From an uncultured Actinomycetes bacterium (GTDB taxonomy: Bacteria > Actinomycetota > Thermoleophilia > RBG-16-64-13), in contig CAMTXC010000002.1 of assembly GCA_947085635.1 (NCBI GenBank), positions 25,356 to 89,355 of the forward strand: a stretch of 64,000 nucleotides of DNA. Reading direction: 5' to 3'. Of this stretch, positions 1 through 9,960 are shown in pieces; within the stretch, counting starts at the first letter, position 1; each line of letters opens with the position of its first letter. The notes below the pieces were generated by a model. It was not told where the DNA came from. It saw only the letters and a program-made list of their open reading frames with translations, and made no database searches. Made by a program: the position numbers and the translations under genes.

Positions 1-600
1 GTCGCGGCCGAGCTCTACGACAGGTATCCGGGAGAGAACGAGGGCGATCTCGCCCGCTGGAAGGCGTTCGTGGTGAGCAGGGGCAGCTGTCACGTCGTGG
101 CGTGCCGCTTGGGCATAGACGAGCTCGTCCGGAGGTCGGCGCCCGCCGTCGACGATGCACGGGTCGAGCTTGCGGAGAGCGCCACCGCCCTCGGCAACAT
201 ACTCGAAGCGCTGCTCGGCGCCTGCTTCTTGACCTACGGGTTCGAGCGCACGCGGGCGGCGATCGCGGATGCCTTCAACGAACAGTTCACCTACGCGGTC
301 GCCGTCTATGTGGATTTCAAGAGCACGCTGCAAGAGCACCTGGCCGCTGCCGGCCGCCCGGCGGCCGAATACTCACTCGCGGAGGAGGAAGGCCCGCCGC
401 ACCGCAGGCTGTTCACCTCGGAGGTGTCGCTCGGAGACGGGGTCGCGGGGTCGGGCAGCGGGCGCAGCATCAAGAAGAGCGAGCAGCGGGCGGCCCGTGC
501 GGCCCTGGTGCGTCTGGGGGTGCTCCCCGACGACGGAGTCGAGGAGGACGATCGCGACGACGATGCGCCTGCCTGTCAGTTCGAGGGCGACGGTAGCTGA
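1..600 (+). CDS. rnc: Ribonuclease III (5'-truncated by window)
   Basis: Frame open from base 1 (VAAELYDRYPGENEGDLARWKAFVVS); LEALLGA motif; C-terminal dsRBD (DFKSTLQE..GPPHRRLF..GSGRSIKKSEQRAA); rnc-smc-ftsY order. Confidence 0.93.
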   Translation, partial: VAAELYDRYPGENEGDLARWKAFVVSRGSCHVVACRLGIDELVRRSAPAVDDARVELAESATALGNILEALLGACFLTYGFERTRAAIADAFNEQFTYAVAVYVDFKSTLQEHLAAAGRPAAEYSLAEEEGPPHRRLFTSEVSLGDGVAGSGSGRSIKKSEQRAARAALVRLGVLPDDGVEEDDRDDDAPACQFEGDGS

Positions 601-602
601 AC

Positions 603-3600
603 ATGGCCTTTCTCAGCGCCATCCGCATGAAAGGCTTCAAGACCTTCGCCCGCCCGACCGAGTTGCTGTTCGAGCAAGGCGTCTCGGTGATCATCGGGCC
701 GAACGGCAGCGGCAAGAGCAACATAGCCGACGCCGTCCTGTGGGCACTGGGGGAGCAGAGTCCCACCAGCATCCGAGGCCGCACGATGCAGGACGTGATC
801 TTCTCCGGATCCGATGGCCAGCGCTCGGCGGCGGTGGCGGAAGTCACCTTGCTGTTCGACAACTCGAGCGGCGTGTTCCCTCTGGAATACGGTGAGATCG
901 AGATCGCGCGGCGCGTGACGCGCGACGGGGCGTCGGAGTACCGCATCAACGGCGCCGCGAGTCGCCTGCTCGACGTGCAAGATCTGGCGGCCGCCGTGGG
1001 GCTGGGCCGTGAGATGCACAGCGTCATCTCTCAGGGCAAGGTCGACGAACTGGTGAACTCCACCCCGGCCACGCGCAGGGCCCTCGTCGAAGACGCCGCG
1101 GGTCTCGGGCGCTACAAGAAGCGACGCGATCGGTCTCTGGCCAAACTCGAGAAGACTCAGGCCAACCTGGAGCGTGTCAAAGACGTCGAGCGCGAGGTGC
1201 GGAGCGCCCTGCGACCGCTGAAGCAGCAGGTGTCCGCCGCGGAACGGTACGCCCACGCCTCCGAAGAGGTGGCCCGCCTGCGGGCGGAAGTCGCGCTCCT
1301 CGACCTCCTCACCATACGTGCGCAGATCGACGTGCAGCAGGCGAGCCTCGACGCCCAGCAGCTGCGTCGTTCGGAAGCCGAGCTGGCCCTGACGCGACTC
1401 AGGGAAGAGAGGATCACCGAGGAGGAACGGTTCGCCGCCGCTCTTCTGGAGCGTGAAACTCTGAGCGCGGGCTATCACCAGGCGTCCGCCGATGTCGAGC
1501 GACTCCGCTCCCGCCTGTCGCTTCTCCGCGACAAGTCCGCCCGACTCGAGAGCGATCTGGCGCGCACACGTCGCAGGCGAGACATGGCGCAGATCGAGGT
1601 GCGGTCCGCTCGAGAGCGCTTCGCCGTGGCGGCCGAAGGACCCGCGAGGGGGGCCGAACGGCTCCGCGTGGTGCTTGCCGCCGCCGACACACTGGCGTCG
1701 ATGATCGACGAAGCTCGTCCGGCTCTTGGAGAGATGGACGCACGCCACGAGGCCCTGAAGGATGTCGTCTTCGAACTGGAATCCGAGCGGGGGCGGGTCC
1801 AGCAGGAGCGGGAGTTCCTCGAGCGCGAGTCCGACGAGCGCTCGCGGCGGGCCGAAGACCTCGCGCAACGGGCGCGCACGGCGGCAGACCGGCTCGCCGA
1901 GGTGCTCCGAGTGAGGGAGGAGCGCGCCGACGAGGTGAGGGCGGCTGAGGTTGCTGTGAGCGAGGCGATGTCGTCGGAAGCGTCGTCGCGTGAGGCGGCG
2001 GCCGGGCACAGGAGCGTGCTGGAACAGGCCGAGGCGGCGGTCCGCGGGCTCGCCGAGGAGCTGGCGTCGGCTGATTCGCGCACGCGTGTGCTCGAAGATG
2101 TGGTCACTCGGCGGGAAGGGGCGCCCCAGGCGGCGCTGGACCTGCTGGCCTCCGAAGAGGGCGCCATGCTCGTGCACGAAGCGTTGACCGTGAAGCGGGG
2201 CTACGAACGAGCGGTGGCGGTAGCGCTGGGCCCCCTCGCGTCGGCCGTCGTGCTGGGTGGCGTGTTGCACGCGGCGCATGTGGTCGATGCCGACGGTCCT
2301 CTCGAGGTCGTGTGGACGGGTGGGCCGCGTCCGGCGGACGGGTGGGACGCCACAGCCCACCCAGCCGAAGCCACCGACGCCATCACGCCCACCGGCGCGC
2401 CCGGAGCGCTCGCGCCCACCGAAGCCGCCGTGCGCCCCGGCGCGCCCGAGGCGCCCGGAGACGATCTGTGGGAGGTGCTCGACGGCCCACCCGGGCTGGT
2501 GCGGGCGCTGCAGTCGCTCGTACCTCCCACGCGGGTGGTGGCCGATGAGGACGCTCCGGTGCCCGCGTGGCCCGGTGTGGTGGTGACCACGGGCGGGTGC
2601 GTCTGGCACAGCTCCCACCACGGCGCCCGGCGTGTGGAGACCTCCGCCGAGGCCCTCATGGCGGCCCGTGGCGAACTCGAGCGCCTGCGGGTGGAGCGGA
2701 TCTCTCTCACCACGGAGCACGAGAAGGCCGGGAGGGTGGCCGCGGAGGCCGTCGAGAGCCTTCGCGTGTTGGTGGCGGCCGGCGATCGTGCGTCCGTAGA
2801 GTTGCGTGAAGCCCGGGCACGCCGCGACTCGCTCGTGGACGAGATGACCCTGTGGGGGCGCCGGGAGGAGGAAGCCCGCACCGAGGCCGCGGAAGCTGAG
2901 GAGCGGGTGCGCCGTGACGGAGAAGCGGCCACCGCACTCGCCGGTGGTCTGCGCGAGACCGGGGAGCGGTCCGTCGAAATAGCGAACAGGCTGGAGAGCG
3001 CTCGGACCGACCTGCGGGAGGTGCGCGGCGCGACGGAGCACTTGCGCGGGCGCGTGTCCCTGCTCGAGGGGAAGCGCTCTCAAGCCGGCATCCTCACGGT
3101 GAGATTGCGCGAACGCGAGCGGGCACGGCAGGAAGAGGCCGACAGGGCGCGGCAGACACTGGCACAGGCCACAAGCGCGTTGGAGGCCGCGGAAGCCCGG
3201 GAGAGCGATCTCGTGCGGTACGCGCCCGTGCTGGCCGATCTTCAGACGGTCGTGGCAGGCTTGATCGAGTGCTGCACGTCCGAACTCGACGTTCTCTCGG
3301 AGCGACTCGCCCTCTCTCGCGCGGCTACCGACGATTTCGGCGACGCTCTGAAAGACCAGGGGCGACGGGAGTCCGATCTTCAACGCTCCGGTTCCGAGCT
3401 GAACGAGGAGATGGTGCGTCTGCGGGTCGCGGTCGCCCGCTTAGAGGAGCGGGCCGGCGAACGCGAACGCGAACTTGAGGAGTTGTCGCGACGTCATCTC
3501 TCACCACGAGAGGTCACGGCTGAATCCGTGGCCGGCTTGTCAGCCGAGGACACGGCGGCCGCCCTTGAAAGAGCGGAGAGACGCAGAGAGCGCATCGGCC

Positions 3601-4274
3601 CGGTGAACCCCCTTGCCGAGCAGGAGTACCGGCAGACCGAGGAGCGCGCCGGCTTCCTCGCGGAACAGCGCACGGACCTCGAGTCGTCCATGTCGGAGTT
3701 GCGTTCGGTCATACGCGACCTCGACGAACACATCGAGACCACCTTCACCGAGGTGTTCGAGGCCACCCGCGGCCATTTCGAGGACATGGTGCAGGTGCTG
3801 TTCCCTGGAGGAAAGGGGATGTTGCGGCTGGTGGAGCCCGACCCGGATGACGCCGGTGCCACGCCCGACGACGACGAGGCTGCGGCGGACGACGAGCCCG
3901 GCGGCTCGGGGGGTCGTGCCGCCGCCGGCATCGTGCTCGAGATCAAGCCTCCGCGCAAGGCGCCGCGCTCGATGAGCCTGCTTAGCGGCGGAGAGAAGGC
4001 GCTCGCGGCCATCGCCTTCCTGTTCGGTCTGTTCTTGGCACGACCGTGCCCGTTCTACGTACTGGACGAGGTCGAGGCCGCCCTCGACGACTTGAACCTC
4101 GGCCGCTTCCTCTCCCTGGTGCGCCGCTACCAAGAGCGCACGCAGTTCATCGTGATCACTCACCAGCGACGCACCATGGAGATCGCCGATCGTCTGTACG
4201 GCGTCGCCATGGACAGCGACGGCACGTCGCGCGTGCTCTCCCGGCGGTTGACGCCGCTCCAGCCCGTCGATTGA
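603..4274 (+). CDS. smc: Chromosome segregation protein SMC
   Basis: GFKTF, Walker A GPNGSGKSN, long coiled coils, signature LSGGE, Walker B/D-loop LDEVEAALD, QFIVITHQ. Confidence 0.95.
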   Translation: MAFLSAIRMKGFKTFARPTELLFEQGVSVIIGPNGSGKSNIADAVLWALGEQSPTSIRGRTMQDVIFSGSDGQRSAAVAEVTLLFDNSSGVFPLEYGEIEIARRVTRDGASEYRINGAASRLLDVQDLAAAVGLGREMHSVISQGKVDELVNSTPATRRALVEDAAGLGRYKKRRDRSLAKLEKTQANLERVKDVEREVRSALRPLKQQVSAAERYAHASEEVARLRAEVALLDLLTIRAQIDVQQASLDAQQLRRSEAELALTRLREERITEEERFAAALLERETLSAGYHQASADVERLRSRLSLLRDKSARLESDLARTRRRRDMAQIEVRSARERFAVAAEGPARGAERLRVVLAAADTLASMIDEARPALGEMDARHEALKDVVFELESERGRVQQEREFLERESDERSRRAEDLAQRARTAADRLAEVLRVREERADEVRAAEVAVSEAMSSEASSREAAAGHRSVLEQAEAAVRGLAEELASADSRTRVLEDVVTRREGAPQAALDLLASEEGAMLVHEALTVKRGYERAVAVALGPLASAVVLGGVLHAAHVVDADGPLEVVWTGGPRPADGWDATAHPAEATDAITPTGAPGALAPTEAAVRPGAPEAPGDDLWEVLDGPPGLVRALQSLVPPTRVVADEDAPVPAWPGVVVTTGGCVWHSSHHGARRVETSAEALMAARGELERLRVERISLTTEHEKAGRVAAEAVESLRVLVAAGDRASVELREARARRDSLVDEMTLWGRREEEARTEAAEAEERVRRDGEAATALAGGLRETGERSVEIANRLESARTDLREVRGATEHLRGRVSLLEGKRSQAGILTVRLRERERARQEEADRARQTLAQATSALEAAEARESDLVRYAPVLADLQTVVAGLIECCTSELDVLSERLALSRAATDDFGDALKDQGRRESDLQRSGSELNEEMVRLRVAVARLEERAGERERELEELSRRHLSPREVTAESVAGLSAEDTAAALERAERRRERIGPVNPLAEQEYRQTEERAGFLAEQRTDLESSMSELRSVIRDLDEHIETTFTEVFEATRGHFEDMVQVLFPGGKGMLRLVEPDPDDAGATPDDDEAAADDEPGGSGGRAAAGIVLEIKPPRKAPRSMSLLSGGEKALAAIAFLFGLFLARPCPFYVLDEVEAALDDLNLGRFLSLVRRYQERTQFIVITHQRRTMEIADRLYGVAMDSDGTSRVLSRRLTPLQPVD

Positions 4275-4286
4275 TGGAGGTCTTCG

Positions 4287-5291
4287 TTGTCGTATAACTG
4301 GGCGGAAGTGTTCCGGGGTGTGGACGCGGCGGCGGCCGTCGGTGCTCCCGCCACCCGTGAGGAGCGGAAGAAAGGGTGGTTCCGGCAGCTGCGAGAAGGG
4401 CTGACGAAGAGTCGGAAGGCCCTGCAGGACCAGTTCTCCTCCATCCTCCTGGACAAGTTCGACGAAGATCTGTGGGAGCGGGTCGAAGAAGCCCTCATCT
4501 ACGCCGACGTGGGGGTGGACACCACGATCTCCATCGTAGAGCGTCTCGAACAGGCCGCGACCGCAGGCGCCATCGCCGACGCCCCGCAGTTCCTCAGCGT
4601 GCTCCGCTCGATCTCGGCCGAGCACTTCTGTGCCGCCGACACCCGCATCGACGTCACCGCGCAGCCTTCTGTGATACTCATGGCCGGCGTCAACGGCACG
4701 GGCAAGACCACGACGATCGGCAAGATCGCCTGGCACTTGAAAGAGCTGGGGAAGGAGCCCCTGCTGGTGGCGGGCGATACCTTCCGCGCGGCGGCGGTGG
4801 AGCAGCTCACGGAGTGGGGTCGCCGCGTCGGGTGCGAGGTGGTGCGCCACGAGCACGGCAGCGACCCGGGGGCTGTGGCCTACGACGGCATCGCGGCGGC
4901 CCGGGCCCGCGGCGCCGACGTGGTGATCATCGACACCGCCGGCCGCCTGCACACCCAGGTGAACCTCATGCGCGAGCTCGAGAAGATCGTGCGCGTGGTG
5001 CAGAAGCAGATACCCGAAGCGCCCCACGAGACGCTGCTCACCATCGACGCCACCACGGGCCAGAACGGCCTTATCCAAGCGCGGCTGTTCAAGGAGGCCG
5101 TCAACGTGAGCGGCGTCGTGCTCACCAAGATGGACGGCACGGCCAAGGGCGGCATCGCCCTCGCGATCTCTCACGAGCTCGACGTGCCCATCAAGCTCAT
5201 CGGCACGGGTGAGACCTTGGATGCGCTGCAGCCCTTCGACGCGGTGGGCTTCACCGAGCTCCTATTCGACGAAAGCCTGCTGCGGCAGTGA
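4287..5291 (+). CDS. ftsY: SRP receptor GTPase FtsY
   Basis: GVNGTGKTTT, DTFRAAA, DTAGRL, TKMDGTAKGG; TTG start with GGAGG at 4276-4280. Confidence 0.96.
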   Translation: MSYNWAEVFRGVDAAAAVGAPATREERKKGWFRQLREGLTKSRKALQDQFSSILLDKFDEDLWERVEEALIYADVGVDTTISIVERLEQAATAGAIADAPQFLSVLRSISAEHFCAADTRIDVTAQPSVILMAGVNGTGKTTTIGKIAWHLKELGKEPLLVAGDTFRAAAVEQLTEWGRRVGCEVVRHEHGSDPGAVAYDGIAAARARGADVVIIDTAGRLHTQVNLMRELEKIVRVVQKQIPEAPHETLLTIDATTGQNGLIQARLFKEAVNVSGVVLTKMDGTAKGGIALAISHELDVPIKLIGTGETLDALQPFDAVGFTELLFDESLLRQ

Positions 5292-5438
5292 GATCGGGCA
5301 TCGTGGGCGCTCGCGGGGGCGTCACACTTGGGGTCGAGCCGGGCGCTCGCGGCGCCGCCACGCCGCAGGTCTAGCCGGGGGAAGATGGCCACGGCGCCCG
5401 GTGCGCGTGTCCGTCGCCTCATGTGCCGGTGCGCGCGT

Positions 5439-5467
5439 TTGACGGCGCCGCGCACGGGCTGTAAACT
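5439..5467 (+). promoter_or_regulatory. sigma70-type promoter for the ffh operon
   Basis: TTGACG (5439-5444), 17-nt spacer, TAAACT (5462-5467), about 100 nt upstream of the ffh ATG. Confidence 0.7.
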
Positions 5468-5571
5468 CCCGCTCTCGCGGCACGCCCACCGGACGACCCA
5501 CCTGCGCACGCGGCGCCGCGAGGGCGCACGTGCGGCGGGACCGCGCAGCCTGGTTCACAACCGAGGAAGAC

Positions 5572-6900
5572 ATGTTCGATTCGCTCTCCGATAAGCTCCA
5601 AGCGGCTCTCGATGGCCTGAAGGGGCAGGGCAAACTCACCGAGGTCGACGTCGAGCGCGCGGCCAGGGAGATCCGCCTGGCCCTGCTCGAAGCCGACGTG
5701 AACTACAAGGTGGTCAAGGAGTTTGTCTCCAAGGTCAAGGAGCGGGCTCTGGGCGCCGAAGTCCTCGAGAGCCTGACCCCCGCGCACCAGTTCGTGAAGA
5801 TCGTGAGCGACGAGCTCACGGCGCTCATGGGCGCCACGTCCACGAAACTCTCGTTCTCGCCTCGGCCCCCCACGGTCATCATGATGGTGGGCCTGCAGGG
5901 CTCGGGCAAGACCACCACGTGCGGCAAGTTGGCGTCGTTCCTGGTAAAGCAGGGCAAGAGCCCCGCGCTCATCGCGGGCGACGTGTATCGTCCCGCGGCC
6001 ATCGAGCAGCTGAAGACCCTCGGCCGCCAACTCGATGTGCCCGTGTACGACGAGGGCGACACGGTCGACCCAGTGGACATCGCCCGCAACGGCGTGGCCT
6101 GGGCGCGCGAGATAGGGCGCGACGTGGCGATCATCGACACCGCCGGCCGCCTCCACATCGACGAACGCCTGATGGACGAGCTCATCCGCATCCGGAGCCA
6201 GGTGAAACCGCACAACATCCTCCTCGTGTTGGACGCGATGACGGGGCAGGACGCGGTCAACGTGGCCCAGCAGTTCCAGGAGAAAGTGCAGTTCGATGGC
6301 GTCGTGCTCACGAAGCTCGACGGCGACGCGCGCGGGGGAGCGGCCCTCTCCGTGAAGGCGGTGACCGGCCGCCCCATCAAGTTCGCCAGCACCGGCGAGA
6401 AGCTCGACAGCTTCGACTACTTCCACCCCGACCGCATGGCCTCGCGCATCCTCGGTATGGGCGACATGCTCTCGTTGGTGGAGCGTGCCCAGGGCGCGGT
6501 CGACGAGAAGAAGGCTCTCGAACTCGAGAAGAAGCTGCGCAAGAGCCGGTTCACCTTCGAGGACTTCCTCGACCAACTGGAGCAGGTGCGCAAGATGGGG
6601 TCTCTGCAGAGCATCCTGGGTATGATCCCGGGGCTTCAGGCGGGAAAACTGAAGAACCTGCAGGTGGACGACCGAGCCTTCGACCGGATTCAGGCTATTA
6701 TTCACTCTATGACCTTCGAAGAGCGGAGGCATCCCGAGGTGATCAACGGGAGCAGGCGGCGACGCATCGCGGCCGGTTCCGGCAGCGATATCCAGGCCGT
6801 GAACCAGCTCTTGAACCAGTTCAAGCAGATGCAGAAGATGATGAAGCAGTTGGGTTCGGGCAAGATGCCCAAGAACCCGTTCCAGATGTTGGGCATGTGA
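5572..6900 (+). CDS. ffh: Signal recognition particle protein Ffh
   Basis: MFDSLSDKL start after GAGGAAG; GLQGSGKTTT, DTAGRL, DGDARGG; Met-rich M domain (SRRRRIAAGSG). Confidence 0.97.
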   Translation: MFDSLSDKLQAALDGLKGQGKLTEVDVERAAREIRLALLEADVNYKVVKEFVSKVKERALGAEVLESLTPAHQFVKIVSDELTALMGATSTKLSFSPRPPTVIMMVGLQGSGKTTTCGKLASFLVKQGKSPALIAGDVYRPAAIEQLKTLGRQLDVPVYDEGDTVDPVDIARNGVAWAREIGRDVAIIDTAGRLHIDERLMDELIRIRSQVKPHNILLVLDAMTGQDAVNVAQQFQEKVQFDGVVLTKLDGDARGGAALSVKAVTGRPIKFASTGEKLDSFDYFHPDRMASRILGMGDMLSLVERAQGAVDEKKALELEKKLRKSRFTFEDFLDQLEQVRKMGSLQSILGMIPGLQAGKLKNLQVDDRAFDRIQAIIHSMTFEERRHPEVINGSRRRRIAAGSGSDIQAVNQLLNQFKQMQKMMKQLGSGKMPKNPFQMLGM

Positions 6901-6955
6901 GGTGGGGGCGCCTCGCGGGCCGGGACATGCGAGAATACACACGAGGAGGTGAGAA

Positions 6956-7198
6956 ATGGCGACGGCGATTCGATTGACCCGCAAGGGGAGCAAGAAGCAT
7001 CCGATGTACAGGATCGTGGTGGCCGACTCGCGCGCACCGCGCGACGGTCGTTTCATCGAGAACATCGGCACGTACAACCCGCAGACGGAACCCTCGACGA
7101 TCGAGGTGGATGGTGAGCGGGCGAAGGACTGGATCTCGAAAGGCGCTCAGCCTTCCGGAGCGGTACGCAGGCTCCTGCAGATTAAGGGCATCCTCTAG
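6956..7198 (+). CDS. rpsP: 30S ribosomal protein S16
   Basis: [31 protein letters not shown]; strong SD GAGGAGGTGA. Confidence 0.97.
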   Translation: MATAIRLTRKGSKKHPMYRIVVADSRAPRDGRFIENIGTYNPQTEPSTIEVDGERAKDWISKGAQPSGAVRRLLQIKGIL

Positions 7199-7266
7199 AT
7201 CTTACGATTGTGGCAAGGCCGTGCGCGGCAGCGGACGTTGAAAGCGGCGTGACAGGGGGGCTGGTC

Positions 7267-7509
7267 ATGGAGACGGAGCTGAAGGAGCTGCTGGAGTATC
7301 TCGCCAAGGCGCTGGTAGACAACCCCGACGACGTCAGGGTGGAGTCCACAGAGACCGACACCACCGTCATACTGGAGTTGAACGTCGCCAAAGAGGACAT
7401 AGGCAAGGTTATCGGGAAGCAGGGCCGCATCGCGCGGGCCCTGCGTACCGTGGTCAAAGCCAGTGCGGTCAAGAACGGCAAGCGGGCCATCGTGGAGATC
7501 GTCGACTAG
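7267..7509 (+). CDS. khpA: KH-domain RNA-binding protein KhpA (YlqC)
   Basis: LVDNPDDV..DIGKVIGKQGRIARALRT; conserved position between rpsP and rimM. Confidence 0.93.
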   Translation: METELKELLEYLAKALVDNPDDVRVESTETDTTVILELNVAKEDIGKVIGKQGRIARALRTVVKASAVKNGKRAIVEIVD

Positions 7510-7537
7510 GCGGTCTTCTCGACCTCCACACGCACTA

Positions 7538-8101
7538 ATGCCTCGACCCGAATGGATAGAAGTGGGCCGTATCGCGCGCGCGCACGGCCTTCACGGCGAA
7601 GTGCGGGTCAGCTCGAGCAGCGACAACCCCGATCGTTTCGTCGACGGGGCCACGGTGTACGCGGTGCCCGGTCGTAGCGCTCTGGCGCGGGCCGCGGCAC
7701 GGTCCGGCGCGGGAGAACCGGCCCCGATGACCCTCGAGATGGAAACGGTGCGCGGCACCGAGGGTAGTCCGATCGTTGCCTTCGTGGGCGTGGGGACGCG
7801 CGACCAGGCCGAGGCTCTGCGCGGGTATGTGCTGCGCGTGCCCGCCTCCGATCTTCCTGATCTGGAAGATGGGGAGTTCTACTCGTTCGACCTGGAGGGG
7901 CTCGAGGTGCGCGGCTTCGACGGCCTGCGGGTGGGAGTGGTGGGGGAGGTGCTGGAGACCCCGGCCCACGACCTGCTCTCCGTGGTGCGCGACTCCGGCG
8001 GAGAGGTGCTGGTGCCCTTCACGCACGAGATCGTCCCGACCGTCGACATGGAGGGCGGCTACCTCGTCGCCGACGTCGAACGGATGACCCTCGCCCCCTG
8101 A
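7538..8101 (+). CDS. rimM: Ribosome maturation factor RimM
   Basis: VGRIARAHGLHGEV, EFYSFDLEGL, PRC-barrel LVPF; synteny. Confidence 0.92.
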   Translation: MPRPEWIEVGRIARAHGLHGEVRVSSSSDNPDRFVDGATVYAVPGRSALARAAARSGAGEPAPMTLEMETVRGTEGSPIVAFVGVGTRDQAEALRGYVLRVPASDLPDLEDGEFYSFDLEGLEVRGFDGLRVGVVGEVLETPAHDLLSVVRDSGGEVLVPFTHEIVPTVDMEGGYLVADVERMTLAP

Positions 8102-8200
8102 CCCGACTCCCGAGCTGGATCTCGACTCGACCCGTGGGCCTCGAGCGCCGACGCGTGGCTCCGGGTGGCCTCAGGGTCTGACGGCGGGCGGAGCGCCTCG

Positions 8201-8947
8201 ATGAAACGTGTGGACATATTCACGCTGGTGCCGGACGCCTTCATGTGGTTCAAGCAGCAGCATCCGGTGGCCGAGGCGGAGGCATCCGGGTCGTTGGCGC
8301 TCACCGTGCACAACATCCGCGACTACAGCACGCTCAATCACCGGCAGGTGGACGACAGCCCCTACGGCGGTGGCCCCGGTATGGTTATCCGCGTGGATGT
8401 GGTCGCGGCGGCCCTCGCGGGGGTCTTCGGAGTGCCGGCGGAGCGGGTGCGCGAGCAGAGAGATGTGTATCTCTTGGCGCCGGGTGGCGAGCCGTTCGAC
8501 GATGGCCGGGCCGCCTCCCTGGCGGGAGGACCCCGTGACTTTGTCCTACTGTGCGGGCGGTATGAGGGGTTCGACGCCCGCATCGGCGCACTGTTCGCCA
8601 CGGGGCAACTATCGATCGGCCCCTACGTGCTCGCCGGGGGCGAGATCGCGGCGCTCGCTGTGGTCGAGGCGGTGGCGCGGAAGATGCCCGGGGTGCTCGG
8701 CAACCAAGAGAGCCTGGTGGAGGAATCGTTCAGCGAGGGTCTGTGCGGCGCGGTGGAGTATCCGCAGTACACGCGGCCACGGGAGTTCGCCGGCGCGGGA
8801 GTGCCTGAGGTGCTTCTGAGCGGCGATCACGCCGCGATAGCGCGGTGGCGCACGGCGCAGGCTTCCCACTCCGCATGGTCGGCTCGACGGGGCGGGACGC
8901 AGTCGGGAAGCGCCCCAGAGGTTGATTTCGGCCCGCCGATGGAGTAA
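8201..8947 (+). CDS. trmD: tRNA (guanine-N1)-methyltransferase TrmD
   Basis: VDDSPYGGGPGM, CGRYEGFDAR, SIGPYVLAGGE, YPQYTRP, VPEVLLSGDH. Confidence 0.96.
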   Translation: MKRVDIFTLVPDAFMWFKQQHPVAEAEASGSLALTVHNIRDYSTLNHRQVDDSPYGGGPGMVIRVDVVAAALAGVFGVPAERVREQRDVYLLAPGGEPFDDGRAASLAGGPRDFVLLCGRYEGFDARIGALFATGQLSIGPYVLAGGEIAALAVVEAVARKMPGVLGNQESLVEESFSEGLCGAVEYPQYTRPREFAGAGVPEVLLSGDHAAIARWRTAQASHSAWSARRGGTQSGSAPEVDFGPPME

Positions 8948-8950
8948 GTT
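8922..8950 (+). promoter_or_regulatory. Putative internal sigma70 promoter for rplS
   Basis: TTGATT (8922-8927), 17-nt spacer, TAAGTT (8945-8950), overlapping the trmD 3' end. Confidence 0.45.
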
Positions 8951-9012
8951 TCGCTGTCTTCATCGTAGGAACTTCGTAGGGATACCCAGGCTAAGCGGCA
9001 GAGGGAACAGAG

Positions 9013-9357
9013 ATGACCGTCATAGATGTGCTGGAACAGAAGCAACTGAAGAGCGATGTGCCACGGTTCAAAGCCGGCGACACCGTCAAGGTGCACTTCA
9101 AGGTGATCGAGGGCACCCGCGAGCGCGTCCAGATGTTCCAGGGCATCTGCATCAAGCGCCAAGGGGAGGGCGTGCGCGAGACGTTCACGGTGCGCAAGCA
9201 GTCCTTCGGGGTGGGCGTGGAGCGCACGTTCCCCGTGCATTCGCCCAAGATCGACAAGCTCGAGGTCTTGGCGATCGGCGACGTTCGGCGGGCGAAGCTC
9301 TACTACCTGCGCGGCAAGATCGGTAAGAAGGCGCGGGTCAAGGAGAAGCGGGTATAG
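9013..9357 (+). CDS. rplS: 50S ribosomal protein L19
   Basis: [44 protein letters not shown]. Confidence 0.98.
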   Translation: MTVIDVLEQKQLKSDVPRFKAGDTVKVHFKVIEGTRERVQMFQGICIKRQGEGVRETFTVRKQSFGVGVERTFPVHSPKIDKLEVLAIGDVRRAKLYYLRGKIGKKARVKEKRV

Positions 9358-9376
9358 CGCCAGGGCCGTCGCTATC

Positions 9377-9931
9377 GTGACCTCCCTGAAGCGACACTCG
9401 CTCACCCGGGAGTCCGGGTCGTCCCTCCTCGGCAGCCTCCTCGAGGTCGTGCTCATCGTGGGCGCGGCCTTCATCCTCGCGCTGCTCATCCAGCAGTTCG
9501 TGGTGAAGCCGTTCTACATCCCCTCCGAGTCGATGGAGCCCACTCTCGAGCGCGGCGACCGCGTCTTGGTGAGTCGGTTCGTCTACTGGTTCAGGGAGCC
9601 GGAGCGCGGCGACGTCATCGTGTTCCATCCGTCGATCGCTCCCAACGACGACTACATCAAGCGAGTGGTCGCCGTGGCCGGCGATCATGTCGAGGTGAAG
9701 GACGGCGTTCTCTACGTCAACGGCGAGGCGCAGGTCGAGCCGTACCTCAAGGAAGACCTCATCGAGGGCGAGTTCCCCGAAGAAGTGATCCCCGAGGGCT
9801 TCGTGTTCGCCATGGGCGACAACCGGAACCGCAGCGGCGACAGCAGGGTGTTCGGGCCCGTGAAGCTGGACAGCATCATCGGCGAGGGCTTCCTGGTGTA
9901 CTGGCCTCCCGGCAAGATCGGCGGTCTCTAG
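9377..9931 (+). CDS. lepB: Signal peptidase I
   Basis: TM helix, IPSESMEPTL (catalytic Ser), YIKRV (catalytic Lys), GDNRNRSGDSR. Confidence 0.95.
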   Translation: MTSLKRHSLTRESGSSLLGSLLEVVLIVGAAFILALLIQQFVVKPFYIPSESMEPTLERGDRVLVSRFVYWFREPERGDVIVFHPSIAPNDDYIKRVVAVAGDHVEVKDGVLYVNGEAQVEPYLKEDLIEGEFPEEVIPEGFVFAMGDNRNRSGDSRVFGPVKLDSIIGEGFLVYWPPGKIGGL

Positions 9932-9960
9932 CCGGCTGCCTCCGGGGGTCGCACCGCACA

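Noticed and set aside
576-3383. 935-aa antisense ORF, and similar long ones (5419-7077, 27460-29820, 37107-39428, 38743-41406, 45114-46970)
   Set aside because: Shadow frames opposite well-conserved genes; expected from high-GC codon bias, and they show no recognisable motifs.
5360-5400. Possible SRP RNA between ftsY and ffh (CAGGT..GGAAG)
   Set aside because: Lacks the helix-8 arrangement CAGG-stem-GNRA-stem-AGCAG.
8948-9012. L19 leader-like GTTTCGCTG
   Set aside because: Overlaps the predicted -10 region, and I could not build a convincing stem.
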